Below, piece by piece: positions 52,313 through 64,000 of a DNA stretch of 64,000 nucleotides. The translations under genes and the position numbers were made by a program. Location of the stretch: NCBI RefSeq assembly GCF_964204645.1, contig NC_134033.1:10238655-10302654 (forward strand), in the 5' to 3' direction. The notes beneath the pieces are model-generated. The model had not been told where the DNA came from, did no database searches, and was given only the letters and a program-made list of their open reading frames with translations. Numbering within the stretch: position 1 is the stretch's first letter; each line of letters begins with the position of its first letter. Origin of the DNA: Tubulanus polymorphus. Taxonomy: Eukaryota; Animalia; Nemertea.

Positions 52313-53580
52313 GATCGTGTGTCGAAATTGTCAGTTGAATGAGACGGATGACACCAGATGATGATAATATATAATTCAAAGCTGATTAGAAGGGTCGGAT
52401 CTAATTGGCTGTTTACCCACTCAACCTTCCCCCTCCATTTAGAGAATCGATCGAAGATATCGGTGGCTCATTATTATTATCTTCTACTCCGGGAAGAAAA
52501 GTTTTGTTCAATGCAGTCAACCACTCAAACTTGTATTGATCTACTGAAAACATGGAAGAGCTCTGAACCAAGAAGCATAAAATTGATAATATAGTTGGTA
52601 TAGAGAACGGTGCCGTATTGTGATAAGCTTCTTACAATCATTTCCAAACTAAAAAAGCAGATAAAATTTCCGAACGTACAAAATGAAAAGGAGAATACGG
52701 ATTTTCCTAATCTGCTGAAAATTCGCAAGTGCGATGGATGACACCAAAAACTGATGGTTGTCCAAACACTAGATCGACCCCATCGATGAGTTTGATTTGA
52801 TACCGATTCAGTCACGAATAAATGAAAATCTTCTTAAAATCGGTTATGTATTTAATAATAACTCTCCCAGAATGCATCTCTAGAAATTGACGAAAGGTGA
52901 AAGATGATGCAACTCGATTGGTCCCGAGCTTATGTCGGTTCCGATCGAAAGAAATCCGCCTACCGTAGGCCTGAGTAGAACGGGACAACTAGCCGGCTTA
53001 TGTTGAACGGAATTAGTAGCATCAACTGGCGGCCTTTTGCTAAACCCAGAGTTGAGTCGGTAGCGGGCCGCGTCGAGTCGCATGACTATAAGCTAGCCCA
53101 ACCAACTATTGAGCGTTAATCTGGTTAAGATACCGTATTTATACCATCCCAGGATGAATCCATAGTAGATATTCTCACCAGTATTTGATATTTGACGCCG
53201 TCTTTCAGGAGAGCTGTATAGTGACTGGCACCGACGGCAAGATTTGCTTTGCACCAAGAATACGTTTACCAAAAACTAACTACTTAATTTTTCGAGAGGA
53301 AAATTTTGACTTGTGTACTCAGTTCTCCGAGAATTTAGTTTACTACCAAAAGGCATGATGACCTTCAGACGGGAGTAGCTCCTAGGATCGGAACCACGTG
53401 CACTTCGGATACTGACTATTCTTTTTACTACATGTAGCATCACGGTAGGAATATCGAGAGTCAGATCATGGCCATGTCATACTACCGGTGTGCTGTCCGG
53501 TAGAAAAATCACGGGCCGGGCGGTCCATGTGAACTAACTAAAGTCCAGAGTCCGTGTTTTAGATGTTACATCCGGTATCC

Positions 53581-53588
53581 TATAAATA
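53581..53588 (+). promoter_or_regulatory. Candidate TATA box upstream of NCBP2
   Basis: TATAAATA about 110 nt before the ATG. Confidence 0.3.
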
Positions 53589-53692
53589 GGGAACGTGGGT
53601 AGTCTGTAAACAATACGGTCAATAGAGTGTAGTTGTGTAGTTTGAGTTGTTTCTTTAATATCTGCGCGTTTAAAAAGACGCTGCTACGAAAA

Positions 53693-56600
53693 ATGAAGAG
53701 ATCTTTTGATGCGTCGTTTAAATCCCCAGAAGCGGCCGGATCTGCCGCTCTAAGCGCTTACAGAGATCAGCATTTCAGGGTTCGTAAAAACCTCAACAAT
53801 TCCAATACAAAATCAAATTCAATTCGAAATTAATCTCTAATTTGCGATGTAACTTCCTAATCAGAGTGATCAGATCACATTGTCGCTAAAGCTCAACGCT
53901 CAAGAATTTGCAGAAACCGTTTAAAAGTGTGTAAAGTGTAGATTCCGCGCCTTTCGTAAAATACCGGCGGGTTCAATCAGTTTTATACATATCGAAAGAA
54001 GACAAGTGGATATATCGGTCCTCCTAATTACCGAGATGACGTAATTTACCGAGATCAACCCACAGGGGTTTGGCGATGGGCTTGGATTTTATTTCCGGGT
54101 TGTTGATAATCTTGCGAGAATGGCGCTAAATATGAACTGCGAATAAATTCAAAATATCACGGAAATACCTTGTGTTTATATTGTTTATTTATCCGCTATA
54201 AAGTTCTGATAAACAATTGGTCGTTAAGAATCATTATCAGACGGTCGTTACGCTTTTCTATATAAAATAACAAGGGATGAAACGCCAGGCCTCCGCTGTA
54301 CTTAAATTTTCAGCCAGAAAGTTGGGACAGTCACGTGACATTCTGATGACGTCATCGCATTTAAAACTTCAACATGAAAAGTTAACATATTCACAGACCG
54401 ATATCAATTGTCAGATTATGATTCATATGAAATAAATAACAAAAATATAAAGAATAAATTATGATGGAATATATAATTCATAGTAAAAAAATGCATTTGA
54501 ATGTAAGTTATTCTCAAATTATTTTTCGTATCATAGTTTCCGTCTTAGATGCTTCGGGTTTGCATTTAGTCAAATAAGAAGCGTTAAGTCACGTGACTGT
54601 CCCAACTTTCTGGCTGGCACGACTTGAACTGCGTTTCATCCCTTGTTATTTTATATAGTAGCGTGACGACCGTCTGATAATGATTGTTAACGACCAATTG
54701 TTTATCGAAACTTTATAGCGGATAAATAAACAATATAAACACAAGGTATTTCCGTGATATTTTGAATTTATTCGCAGTTCATATTTAGCGCCATTCTCGC
54801 GAGATAATCAACAACCCGGAAATAAAATCCAAGCCCATCGTCAAACCCCTGTGGATCAACCGAGAGATGACATGAAATATAACATATTTATTTATTCCTT
54901 ATCCATTCTAACACTTGAAATCATATTATATCAGTAATAAATACCTGCTGGAGTCAAATATCAGGACAGCCGAACACTGCCGATGATTGCCGAAGTTTGT
55001 TCCGAATTGTCAATCTTAATCCCGAAATATAAGGAGCACCCATGATTTCAATTGTAGATGAATTTTTGGAAAACTTGACCCTGTTTTAGCTCTGTTAAAG
55101 ATTTCAACTGGCAGCAAAATTGATTTTTGAAAATTTGCCGGAGGTACGACCACCAGATGGCATGATTGTCTGTTGGAAATAGCCAAATGTCTCTTTGGGG
55201 GTAGATTTAAGCATTACGGAGATAGGAGCGTTTCCAGCCTTTCAATAATAGGCCTAGTTCTTTACAAAAATGACCGGGCCACTGCGGTGAAACAAGGAAT
55301 CATTTTTGTTTAAGCCTGAATTACTGCGTCATTCATTTATTACGTACGCATTAGGGGAGGGGGAGGGGTCAGTGCGATTGCGTACTGTAATGCTTAACGT
55401 ATATGAAAAAATGGCCGATTTTGCGTACAGAGGGGGAGGGGGGGTTGAAAAATTCAAATTTCATGCGTACGTAATAAATGAATGACCCCTAACGAATTTC
55501 CATGCGTCATGTACACTGGGCTTTACCAATCTAATGTTGCAGCAGTGCCACCAAGTGAGCCATGACAAAACATGAATGTCGTTGTTTAATTATATTCATA
55601 CACAGGGCGACCGGAAGCAACAAGAGGTGTGTTTATTAACGAGCTGTACGCTATACGTCGGTAATCTGTCGTTTTATACAACTGAGGAACAAATCTACGA
55701 GTTATTCTCGAAATGTGGAGATTTAAAACGAATTGTGATGGGACTGGATAAATTCAAAAAGACTCCGTGTGGATTCTGTTTCGTAGAGTATCCTTTTACT
55801 ATATTATTCCACCACTAGGGGGCGTTTAACCCCCTACTTCTATGTAGATTCTGTTCATGCCCTGTTTTATAGAGTACCCTTTTGCTATATTCTACCTCTA
55901 GGGGGCATCAACCCATTCCTCCTCTCCCTACCTCCTTGTGGATTCTGTTTTATTGAGTACCTTTTGCTTTATTCTTCCACAAGGGGGCATTATGCATCCA
56001 TCCTGTGGATTCTGTTTTATAGAGTATCATTTTACTATATTCCCCCACTAGGGGGCGTTCAAACCCCTTACCTCCATGTAGATTCTGTTCATACCCTGTT
56101 CTATAGAGTACCATCATGCTATATTCTAACGCTAGGGGGGGGGGCATTTATCCTCCTCCCTACATCTATGTGGATTCTGTTTTATAGAGGAACCATTTTA
56201 CTATATTCCACCACTAGGGGGCGTTCAACCCCAACCCCCCTGCTCGAGTGAGAATCGGTAAGAGCGTTGATAATTCCTTGATGGTTTAACTGTATAGATA
56301 TTATCTGAGAGAAGATGCAGAGATGTCGATGCGTTACATCAACGGAACGCGTTTAGATGATCGCATTATTCGAACTGATTGGGACGCGGGATTCAAAGAG
56401 GGACGACAGTACGGCAGGGGTAAAACAGGAGGACAGGTAAATATACACCTCAGCCTATCAACAGTAACTGATTTAAGGCAGGCGCGGATCCAGGGCCATA
56501 CAGTGACTACAGCACAGTGAAAAAAGGGCACCAATTTTGGGAAAGGGCCAGTATTAATGCCCAGCGAGTGAGTTTGAGTGCCATTCATTGGTATCATGCC

Positions 56601-57454
56601 ACTAGATTTGCCTTCACATTCAATTTGCTTATGCCTTTTTTTAGATTTTTGGCGAAATTTGCCCATTTTCTATTAAATTCATAGAGCAACAATAATGTCT
56701 CTTTCAGAATAGTGCCCCTTTGAATAAAAAAAGAATGCCTTAGATTGCCTGTTATGATTTTGGGAAATTTATCTCATTCACATTTTGCGTTAGGCCAAGT
56801 ACAGAAAAGCAATTATTTTTTATGGCGCACAAATCGTGTGCCCTTTTATTTACTTTTTTCCCATAAATATAAATATAATTTTTAAACATAAATTTTTCAA
56901 GGGCATTTGAAAACTGCGACTACCGCACGTGCTGCATGTGCGATAGTCTGGATCCGCGCCTGTAAGGAGTGTTGTGAAGGAGCCGTGTTAACCTAGTGTC
57001 GAGTCCGTAAAACAAAAATACAGATTGTCAAAAAAATAGCCTTGTTCCTCAGATCAGCCATTTTTGGGGGAAAGACGAGGGATTAAGAAGGCAGGTTTCT
57101 GTTGCCGCGGTAACAAAATGAGTAACGACCTTGAAACATAAGAAAGTGTGATCATTTTGATAAGAAAAAAGGAAAACCAAGTTTCTTATTTTTTGGTGAC
57201 AAACTTTAAAATGAAACTGATGAGAAACGAACGTATTTTTTTGCGTGGCCTCGTGCACTTTATAGTTTTAAAATACCGTGTACTATTAAGTAAAACTGTA
57301 TTTACGGTTTAGTGAAGTAACTTATGATTTGAGAATGTTGTATTTACAGGTACGCGATGAATACCGAACTGATTTCGACAGCGGTCGCGGAGGATATGGC
57401 AAAATTATCGTCAGTAAAATTCCGGATTCTTCGCCGAAAAAAGCGATCACTTGA
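53693..57454 (+). CDS. NCBP2: Nuclear cap-binding protein subunit 2 (CBP20), ~170 aa
   Basis: Exons 53693-53779 ([10 protein letters not shown]), 55606-55787 ([25 protein letters not shown]...[10 protein letters not shown]), 56298-56436 ([28 protein letters not shown]), 57350-57454 ([18 protein letters not shown]); 513 nt, in frame. Confidence 0.97.
54061..54853. mobile_element. Long-TIR non-autonomous DNA transposon (P- or hAT-like) in NCBP2 intron 1
   Basis: CACAGGGG...CCCCTGTG termini, ~280-bp inverted arms, 8-bp target-site duplication GATCAACC (54053-54060, 54854-54861). Confidence 0.9.
55328..55492. mobile_element. Small MITE
   Basis: GTCATTCATTTATTACGTACGCAT / ATGCGTACGTAATAAATGAATGAC inverted repeats. 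Confidence 0.7.
55768..56240 (+). repeat. Tandem repeat (~65-85 bp, six units) derived from the exon 2/U12 intron junction
   Basis: Units start TGT(G/A)GATTCTGTT...AGAGTA.C.TTT..CTATATT...CTAGGGGGC. Confidence 0.88.
55788..56297 (+). other. U12-type (minor spliceosome) GT-AG intron of NCBP2
   Basis: 5' splice site GTATCCTTT; branch-point-like TTCCTTGAT at 56274-56282, shortly before the 3' TAG; no long polypyrimidine tract. Confidence 0.88.
56479..56962. mobile_element. hAT-like MITE (CAGGCGCGGATCCAG termini)
   Basis: CAGGCGCGGATCCAG / CTGGATCCGCGCCTG; related element at 61465-62005 and similar ends at ~39338 and ~48220-48579. Confidence 0.75.
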
Positions 57455-58418
57455 TCGCATGATCATCGATCGCTTTCTCAATCCGGACTCGCATTTTATA
57501 CTATTAACACCGGGGATGGTGGATGGGGCAGGACAGTCGGCTGGACTTGGATATTTTTAATTTTTACACTAAAAGACGATTTGTGTCGATAAAAAGATGT
57601 TTCTGTTTAATATAACAGTGTTCCACTGAGCTGTAGTAGTCAGAGCCTGTTATTTCATGTAAGCTTATTCAACTTGTAAATTAAATTTAGAAAAAAAACA
57701 ATTTTATTTTTCCGAGGTCTTATTTCTATTTGCTGGCGTTTTTAATGTATAAGGTTTTAATTAAATTTTCTGCGCCCTCTGATGTATTGTTTACTGGAAC
57801 AAGCCGCTAGGAAAATACTGTCGAACATTGGGGTTCGAACCCGATCATTATTTGATTAAGGGACATCAAGAGACGCTGGAGGGCTATCGATTGTTTACGT
57901 TTTGTCAGGATTTTTAGGCTACGTTGTGAATGAGAAGGTATTTGACGTTTGTAATAATGTCACGTGCCTGTGTTTAAAATGGGCGACGATAAGCGACGTA
58001 ATTGATTAATGAGCTATGATAATGAGGGCTGTTAAATCCGAATATTCAAACCCAATTCAATCAATTTTATTACTGTCTGGAACTGCTGATATATTTTTTA
58101 GGGTAACCGGTTAATGACACTTGGCAGGACACTGAGAAATGAAGATGTAGTAATCTGGCCCAGTCTCCTGCTGTTCGTGATTCCGTCCTCTAACCAGGGT
58201 ACCCCGGCCGGGCTACACGTGCCTACCGACTGGATTTGGACTTCCAACCAAGCTCTGTCGCCGTCGTGATGTCGGGAAATCCATTCCTGATCGGGAGATT
58301 TGACGCATTCCACTTGCAGAAATATTTATTTGTTATTATTTTATTCGTGATAATCAGCATCATTTCATATCTGAACGAGACATCGAAGTAAGTTCGTCAT
58401 TCAGGCGGCTCATGCCAC

Positions 58419-59319
58419 CACAGGGGGCTCGTATCAAGAGTTGTAGGTAATGGAAAAAACGATAATCTGTTAATCCATTATGTATAGGCCTAATAATAGT
58501 CTATTTATTAATTGATGAGACCTGTTTTTCTGGGATATTTTGCTTACTTTTTGGGGTACATACCTCATTTATGTCTTAACAGAATGCCAAAAATCGCGGA
58601 CAACTACTGAATATTCGATATTATTCCAGTTCTGTACCGATTAGATGGATTGGCAAAAAGACTTCTTAAGTCCAGTTGAATAAGAGAGAAAATCCTCCAT
58701 TTTGTGAAATTTCTTGAATTTTTACATTGTCACCATGCCTACGAAATGAAGTTATTTTTCTTGGGGTCCCAACAACTAAATCAGGATGGCGTAGACATGG
58801 TAACAATGTAAAAATTCAAGAAACAGACATTAGTATATATAAAATAACAAGGAGGCTAACGACGCTCACAAACTACTCAACTTCAGTCACTTTCTATAAT
58901 CCAGGGATGATATGAAAGCTGATAGCTTCCTGCTTCTAACGAAACTAATCCCGTTAACTTCCAATGAAAAACTTCGTGAATTATTTGTGTTTGAACGCGA
59001 AATTAAGGCCGAAATCGTTCGTACCGAAATATGCTATGACGCCTGTTTTCGCCTATATTTTCTGAATATTGCGGTTGTTTCGTTATTCGTTTCGTTATTG
59101 AAGTTAACGGGATTAGTTTCGTTAGAAGCAGGAAGCTATTAGCTTTCATATCATGCCCGGATTATCGAATTTGGATGAGAAATAACGAAATAGTAAGCGA
59201 CTGAAGTTGAGTATTTTGTGATCGTCGTTAGCCCCCTTGTTATTTCATATATACTATAGACATAGGATTAACAGATTATAGTTTTTACATAACCTACAAC
59301 TCTGATACGAGCCCCTGTG
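58419..59319. mobile_element. CACAGGGG-terminated DNA element containing an internal long inverted repeat (58831-59256)
   Basis: CACAGGGGGCTCGTATCAAGAGTTGTAGGT / ACCTACAACTCTGATACGAGCCCCTGTG; inner arms TAGTATATATAAAATAACAAGG...GTTAACTTC / GAAGTTAAC...CCTTGTTATTTCATATATACTA. Confidence 0.8.
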
Positions 59320-61029
59320 CATATATACCACCAACAACAGACCTCTGATCCAAATATCAATCTGCAGCAAACAGCCTAAATCTCTGAATGAACATATGGT
59401 CAACCCCCGATATGCCACCCTCCCATATACCGCCGCCTACTGCCAGATACCGCCATACTCTCTATACCGGGTACCGCCAAAATCATTCTGCAGCGATGTG
59501 GACGTTTATATCGGAAGTTGAATGCATTAATGTCTATTGCAACTTGTCTCGTGAGGACATCAGGTGGACTGCTTGCTCAGTCAGTTTCGATGGTATATAT
59601 ACGACCTGATATAAGTCTTAAAATAGGACCAGAATGGGCTGGCAGTTGAACCTACGAGCAATCATCTTGAGATAATTGCTTGTAAGGTTGAACTAACATC
59701 GTTTTTTAATCCATTCTACTAAGGATTGCAAAAAATTCTTCAACCGCCGGCCACTTATACCACCTACTGGTCAGAGGTACCACCAAAACTGACCGAGCTA
59801 GGACACCCGATATCCAAAAGACATTAGACTTTCCTAGGGTTTAGGGTCAAGAGGCTGCAGGTTCGGGATAACTGTATGAATTTGTTTGTGGTTTTCTGGA
59901 TTCAACTTTTTGAAATCTGCTGAAAATTTACTCGCCAAAAGGTGTTTACTAAGTAAAACTATTTGCTGTTCTTTTAGGACTTCGAACATTCCTAGATTTA
60001 TAGCCGGTAGAAATAGAATGGTAATCAGGGATACTGCGCTGCATCTGCACAAACAGTGGCGCCGCTCGGAGCGATCGGTTTCAGACGACGACGCAGGCCG
60101 CGGCACCGGCGACGTTCAAAAACTGTCATTCATCAAACCACATTCAACACTCGAAATCAGTGAAATGAAAGTTTCTAATTCGCTAATTCTAATTAGCAAT
60201 GGATCGATGACAATTACCAGCAAGGCTGCGTCATCTGGGACCGGAAGGGCTGCATCATCTGCCACCAGCAGGCCCGCATCATCTGAAATTGCGTCACCCA
60301 GAACTGCTTCCAATCGGACTAAATCAAAATCTATCAGTAAAAACGACAATATAAAGTTACCGTTCAATAATGTAAGGATTCCAGGGTCACCTCCGACATT
60401 CATTAACAAGATAATCGATCGCTTAATAGTTAGGGTAAAAAGGGGACAGAAAAGAGGGGGCATGTTTTTTCATAGAAATAACTCATCAATTTTGAAATAA
60501 TCTATAGGTTTGATTTGATCAAACTCTAGTTCGCTGTGTATGTCTCATCTCTCAACACCTGTGATGTGTTCTTCTGCCATAGTTATTTTTGTTTCTTAAG
60601 TGAATTGATTTGAGATTTGGTACTGGTTCACTTTTACTGAACGTTATATTTGTTTGTGTAATCAAAATTGCAATCATTTAGTCGAACAAAATGTATTTTA
60701 ATATGGTGAATATTTACTATAGTTGTCTATGTTTTCTGAATAAATGTCTGGAAAAAGGTTATAAATTTCGTCTTCACGAATTCTTTGTTCACTATTGGAA
60801 AGATCTCTGACCCCTTTTCCGCAATTTGTAATTTTGTAAATATGAATTTATCTGTTATCAACAACCCGCATGCCGGCACCCGCCAAGAACTGCGAAAGAC
60901 TGCTAAATTAATTTTTTCTCCAAGGTCCTGCCACCTGTGTACGTAAAATCTAGCACTGGTAAGTGTTGACGTCGGTGACCGGCAGGTGCTGCCATCTTCT
61001 ATATGTCAAGCGAACTACGAATCAAAACA

Positions 61030-61189
61030 TCCGGGAAGTTTTAAAATGGCGGCGCCTGATGGCTTGTAATATCGGGTTATTTCGAGGTGGTTTTTAGCGC
61101 CATACGGAGTATAACTAACTGAATCGGCGTCGATGAATTCATCACATTCAAGCTATATTCTCGATTGTTTCGATGACGTTCATTAACAG
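61030..61189 (+). promoter_or_regulatory. Probable transcription start region and non-coding first exon of the ankyrin gene
   Basis: ETS-like CCGGGAAGT, YY1-type AAAATGGCGGC, candidate donor CAG|GTGATT at 61189. Confidence 0.45.
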
Positions 61190-61464
61190 GTGATTAATTA
61201 ATTCAAACGAGTCTTAATTGAATGAACCAGTGATCACTGACAGCTCTCGTCGAAGAGAGAATGCGGAAGTAGTAAATGATGATGAATACATCCCAGCAGC
61301 AGCAGTAGGTAGTTGGCAGTAGTCCTCGCTGAAGCTACTGCTGCTGAATCTGATGTTTATGCAGGTGCACCAGCCTCTGAAAATGCTGTATTAAAAGGCC
61401 AGGCACTGACTGACAAGAAGAGTAACGAACGTTAAACTCGGGAGAGGAGGGTAGCGTACACCAC

Positions 61465-62005
61465 CAGGCGGCGCAGATCCAGGATTTTTTCCAGGACGGG
61501 GTTCATAAAGAATGTTATTGTTAAACCGCTGACTAAAATCTCTGATAGGGGGGCCTAGGTGGCATATTGTTTGGGAAAAACTTGGGAATTTTGAAATAAT
61601 AATTCCCGGTTTGGAAATATTTGGGAATTTGAAAAATTTTCCTCAGCGCAGGGAAATACTTGGGAAATTCATTGCATTTCACATTATTGCATTTGCCAAG
61701 GGCAACTTTCTTCAGCAATTTCCCTTGAAAATCGCCTTTATCAACCAGTCACCATTTAAATGTTGACTGTTGAATGACGATATGTGTTCATTTCCATTTG
61801 GGAAAATTGAAAAATCACCCATGAAATACTTGGGAAAAACTTGGGAATTTTGAATTCATAAAATTGTGGGGACCTTTGATTATGTAATACTGTTTGCTTA
61901 TTTTGTCTTGAGTACATTCCTTCAAGAAGACGATTAAAAAAATTTTGTTTGGTAGCTGAGCAGGGGGGCTATGACCCCTGAGACCCCCCTCTGGATCCGC
62001 GCCTG
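61465..62005. mobile_element. hAT-like MITE with internal TTGGGAA repeats
   Basis: CAGGCGGCGCAGATCCAGG / CTGGATCCGCGCCTG termini. Confidence 0.65.
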
Positions 62006-62107
62006 TACAAACTTGTCATCAAGAAACGTGAAACATTTGAACAAATGAAATATTTTTTAATATCAGTTATTATAGGTTTCTTATTGCACAATTCATAAAT
62101 TCGTTAA

Positions 62108-62392
62108 CCCTTTCAGTGCGTCTACACTGCAGTAGGTGTATGAATCAGTTATAGATTTTGCTAGTACACCGCACTGCGGTGTATTGATGTAATTAGTAAT
62201 TAGTTTTTATCTCTTGAAAAATGGCAGCACCTGTCAAACATAGTGAAATACTAATAACTAACGATACACCGCGCCGCAGTGTAGACGCACTATAGTGGTA
62301 TTCCCATTATTCAACACACTAGGGTGGAATTTTTCAAAATTTTCAAATTATCTTCAGCACTATAGGATATTAATTAGTCAGCACTGAAAGGG
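62108..62392. mobile_element. piggyBac-type MITE
   Basis: TTAA-CCCTTTCAGTGC...GCACTGAAAGGG-TTAA. Confidence 0.88.
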
Positions 62393-62482
62393 TTAAATAT
62401 GGTTTAGACCGTGATTTATTAGTAATAGAGATCTTGTCTGATTTGTAGGCTGCGATGATGAGATGACTGACGGTCTCACAGA

Positions 62483-63982
62483 ATGGGCGGACGTTATTCA
62501 CATCATGCTAAACGTCAACCTCGACTCAATAAATGTCAGATACCGTGGTTACTGCGCGGAGCTATACGCAGCAACAACATCGAAACGTTACAGTATTTAC
62601 TGAGTCATCCGCACGAAGTGAATCCGAGTATGGTTATAGATGGACACAGTCCTGTTAATCTAGCTATACAATACGGGCATATACAATGTGTTAAAATGCT
62701 TATCAAAGCAGGTAAGATCAGCTTAAGCACTTCATTAATCCCTCTGCAGCCTGAGCAGCCCTAAGACGATCCGCTTTCTGGACCCTACAACCCTCAAGGC
62801 AATCTGCAGTCTGGACCCCGCACCCCCTCAGACAATCTGCTGTCTGGACGCTTCAACCCCTCAGACAATCCGCTTTCTGGACCCTACAACCCTTAAGACT
62901 ATCTGCAGTCTAAACCCTGCACCCCCTCAGACAATCTGCTGTCTGGACGCTTATACCCCTCAGACAATCCGCTTTCTGGACCCTACAACCCTTAGACAAT
63001 CTGCAGTCTGGACCCCGCACCCCCTCAGACAATCTCCTGTCTTGGACGCTTCAACCCCTAAGACGATCCGCTTTCTGGACCCTACAACCCTTAGAAAATC
63101 TGCAGTCTGGACCCCGCACCCCCTCAGACAATCTGCTGCCTGGACCCTCCAACCCAAAGACAATCTGCAGTCTGGACCCCGCAATCCCTCAGACAATCCG
63201 CTTTCTGGACCCTACAACCCTTAGACAATCTGCAGTCTGGACCCCACACCCCCTCAGACAATCTGCTGTCTGGATGCTCCAACCCATCAGACAATCCGCT
63301 TTCTGGACCCTACAACCCTTAGATAATCTGCAGTCTGCTCCCTCCATCCCCTCAAATAATCTGCAGTCTGTAGGCCTGCCCTGCACCCCTTCAGACAATG
63401 TGCTGTCTGGACCCTCCAATCCTTTTGACAATCTTCAGTCTGTACCCTGCTCCCCTCAAACAATATGCTGTCTGAACCCTCCAATCCTTTTGACAATCTG
63501 CTATCTGTACCCAGCAACCCTCAGACAATCGGCTGTCTGGACCCTCGAACCCCTCAGACAATCTGCAGTCAGGACCTCGCACCCGTTTAGACAATCTGCT
63601 GCATAGATCCCCCAATCCCTCTCAGTCACACAATCTGCTGTCCGTGGGACTTTGGTGTAGAGTAGACAATAGGTTATCTCGAGGGATGAAGGGTACGGAC
63701 CTGGAAATATTGAAGATTAAAAGTTTTTATTCAATTCGATGTTTTTGTTATTAGTAGGTTGTAATATGATGTAATTGTAATTTGTAGGTTGTAATTTACG
63801 TCAATGCGATGCACCTGTTTATCCACTGATCCAAGCCGCGATCCACGCCAGACCTGAAATTATCGAATTACTATTAAAAAGTGGATGTGACGTGAACGCA
63901 TTTAATGAGAACAATGAAAATGCATTACATTCCATAGTACAGAGTAATTCTCCTAAACTAGTGGAAGTTGTCACTTTATTGG
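62483..63982 (+). CDS. Ankyrin-repeat protein, 5' exons; gene continues beyond the window
   Basis: Exons 62483-62711 (GHSPVNLAIQYGHIQCVKMLIKAG) and 63788-63982 (PLIQAAIHARPEIIELLLKSGCDVNAFNENNENALHSIV). Confidence 0.85.
62758..63640. repeat. Intronic ~34-bp minisatellite
   Basis: About 25 units of CAGACAATC(T/C)GC(A/T)(G/T)TCTGGACCC...ACCCCT. Confidence 0.92.
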
Positions 63983-64000
63983 GTAAGAATTCAAAAGTCA

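Noticed and set aside
62758-63640. Regular ~34-bp repeats resembling a CRISPR array, and the ORFs within them
   Set aside because: Contiguous degenerate units without unique spacers, inside a eukaryotic intron, no cas genes: a minisatellite
63751-63787. Duplicated acceptor GTAG|GTTGTAAT 30 nt upstream of the ankyrin exon
   Set aside because: Its use would add an in-frame TAA; likely a neutral micro-duplication

Overview
Eukaryotic, intron-rich, AT-rich DNA, most likely from a marine invertebrate (lophotrochozoan-like; this is inference). Genes reconstructed by hand from GT-AG boundaries and reading-frame continuity: (1) the 3' part of a very large membrane mucin on + (Thr/Ser/Pro repeat exon, NIDO, AMOP, VWD with GDPH, about 12 EGF, SEA, TM); (2) a convergent MFHAS1-like Roco gene on - (LRR-ROC-COR); (3) a tandem cluster on - of two intact genes and one pseudogene fragment encoding secreted pro-metalloproteases with a signal peptide, furin site, optional ShK exon, anthrax-lethal-factor-like HEFAH...YxxTN/DxxEFF zincin motifs and a C-terminal chitin-binding type-2 domain; (4) a secreted PAN-like + LamG-like gene on -; (5) NCBP2/CBP20 on +, with a U12-type intron filled with decayed tandem copies of its own 5' splice junction; (6) the start of an ankyrin-repeat gene on +. 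MITEs, foldback elements, LINE remnants and minisatellites fill the introns and intergenic DNA. The metalloprotease cluster is the best candidate for an undescribed system, followed by the U12 splice-site repeat array. No database searches were run; domain calls come from motif recognition.
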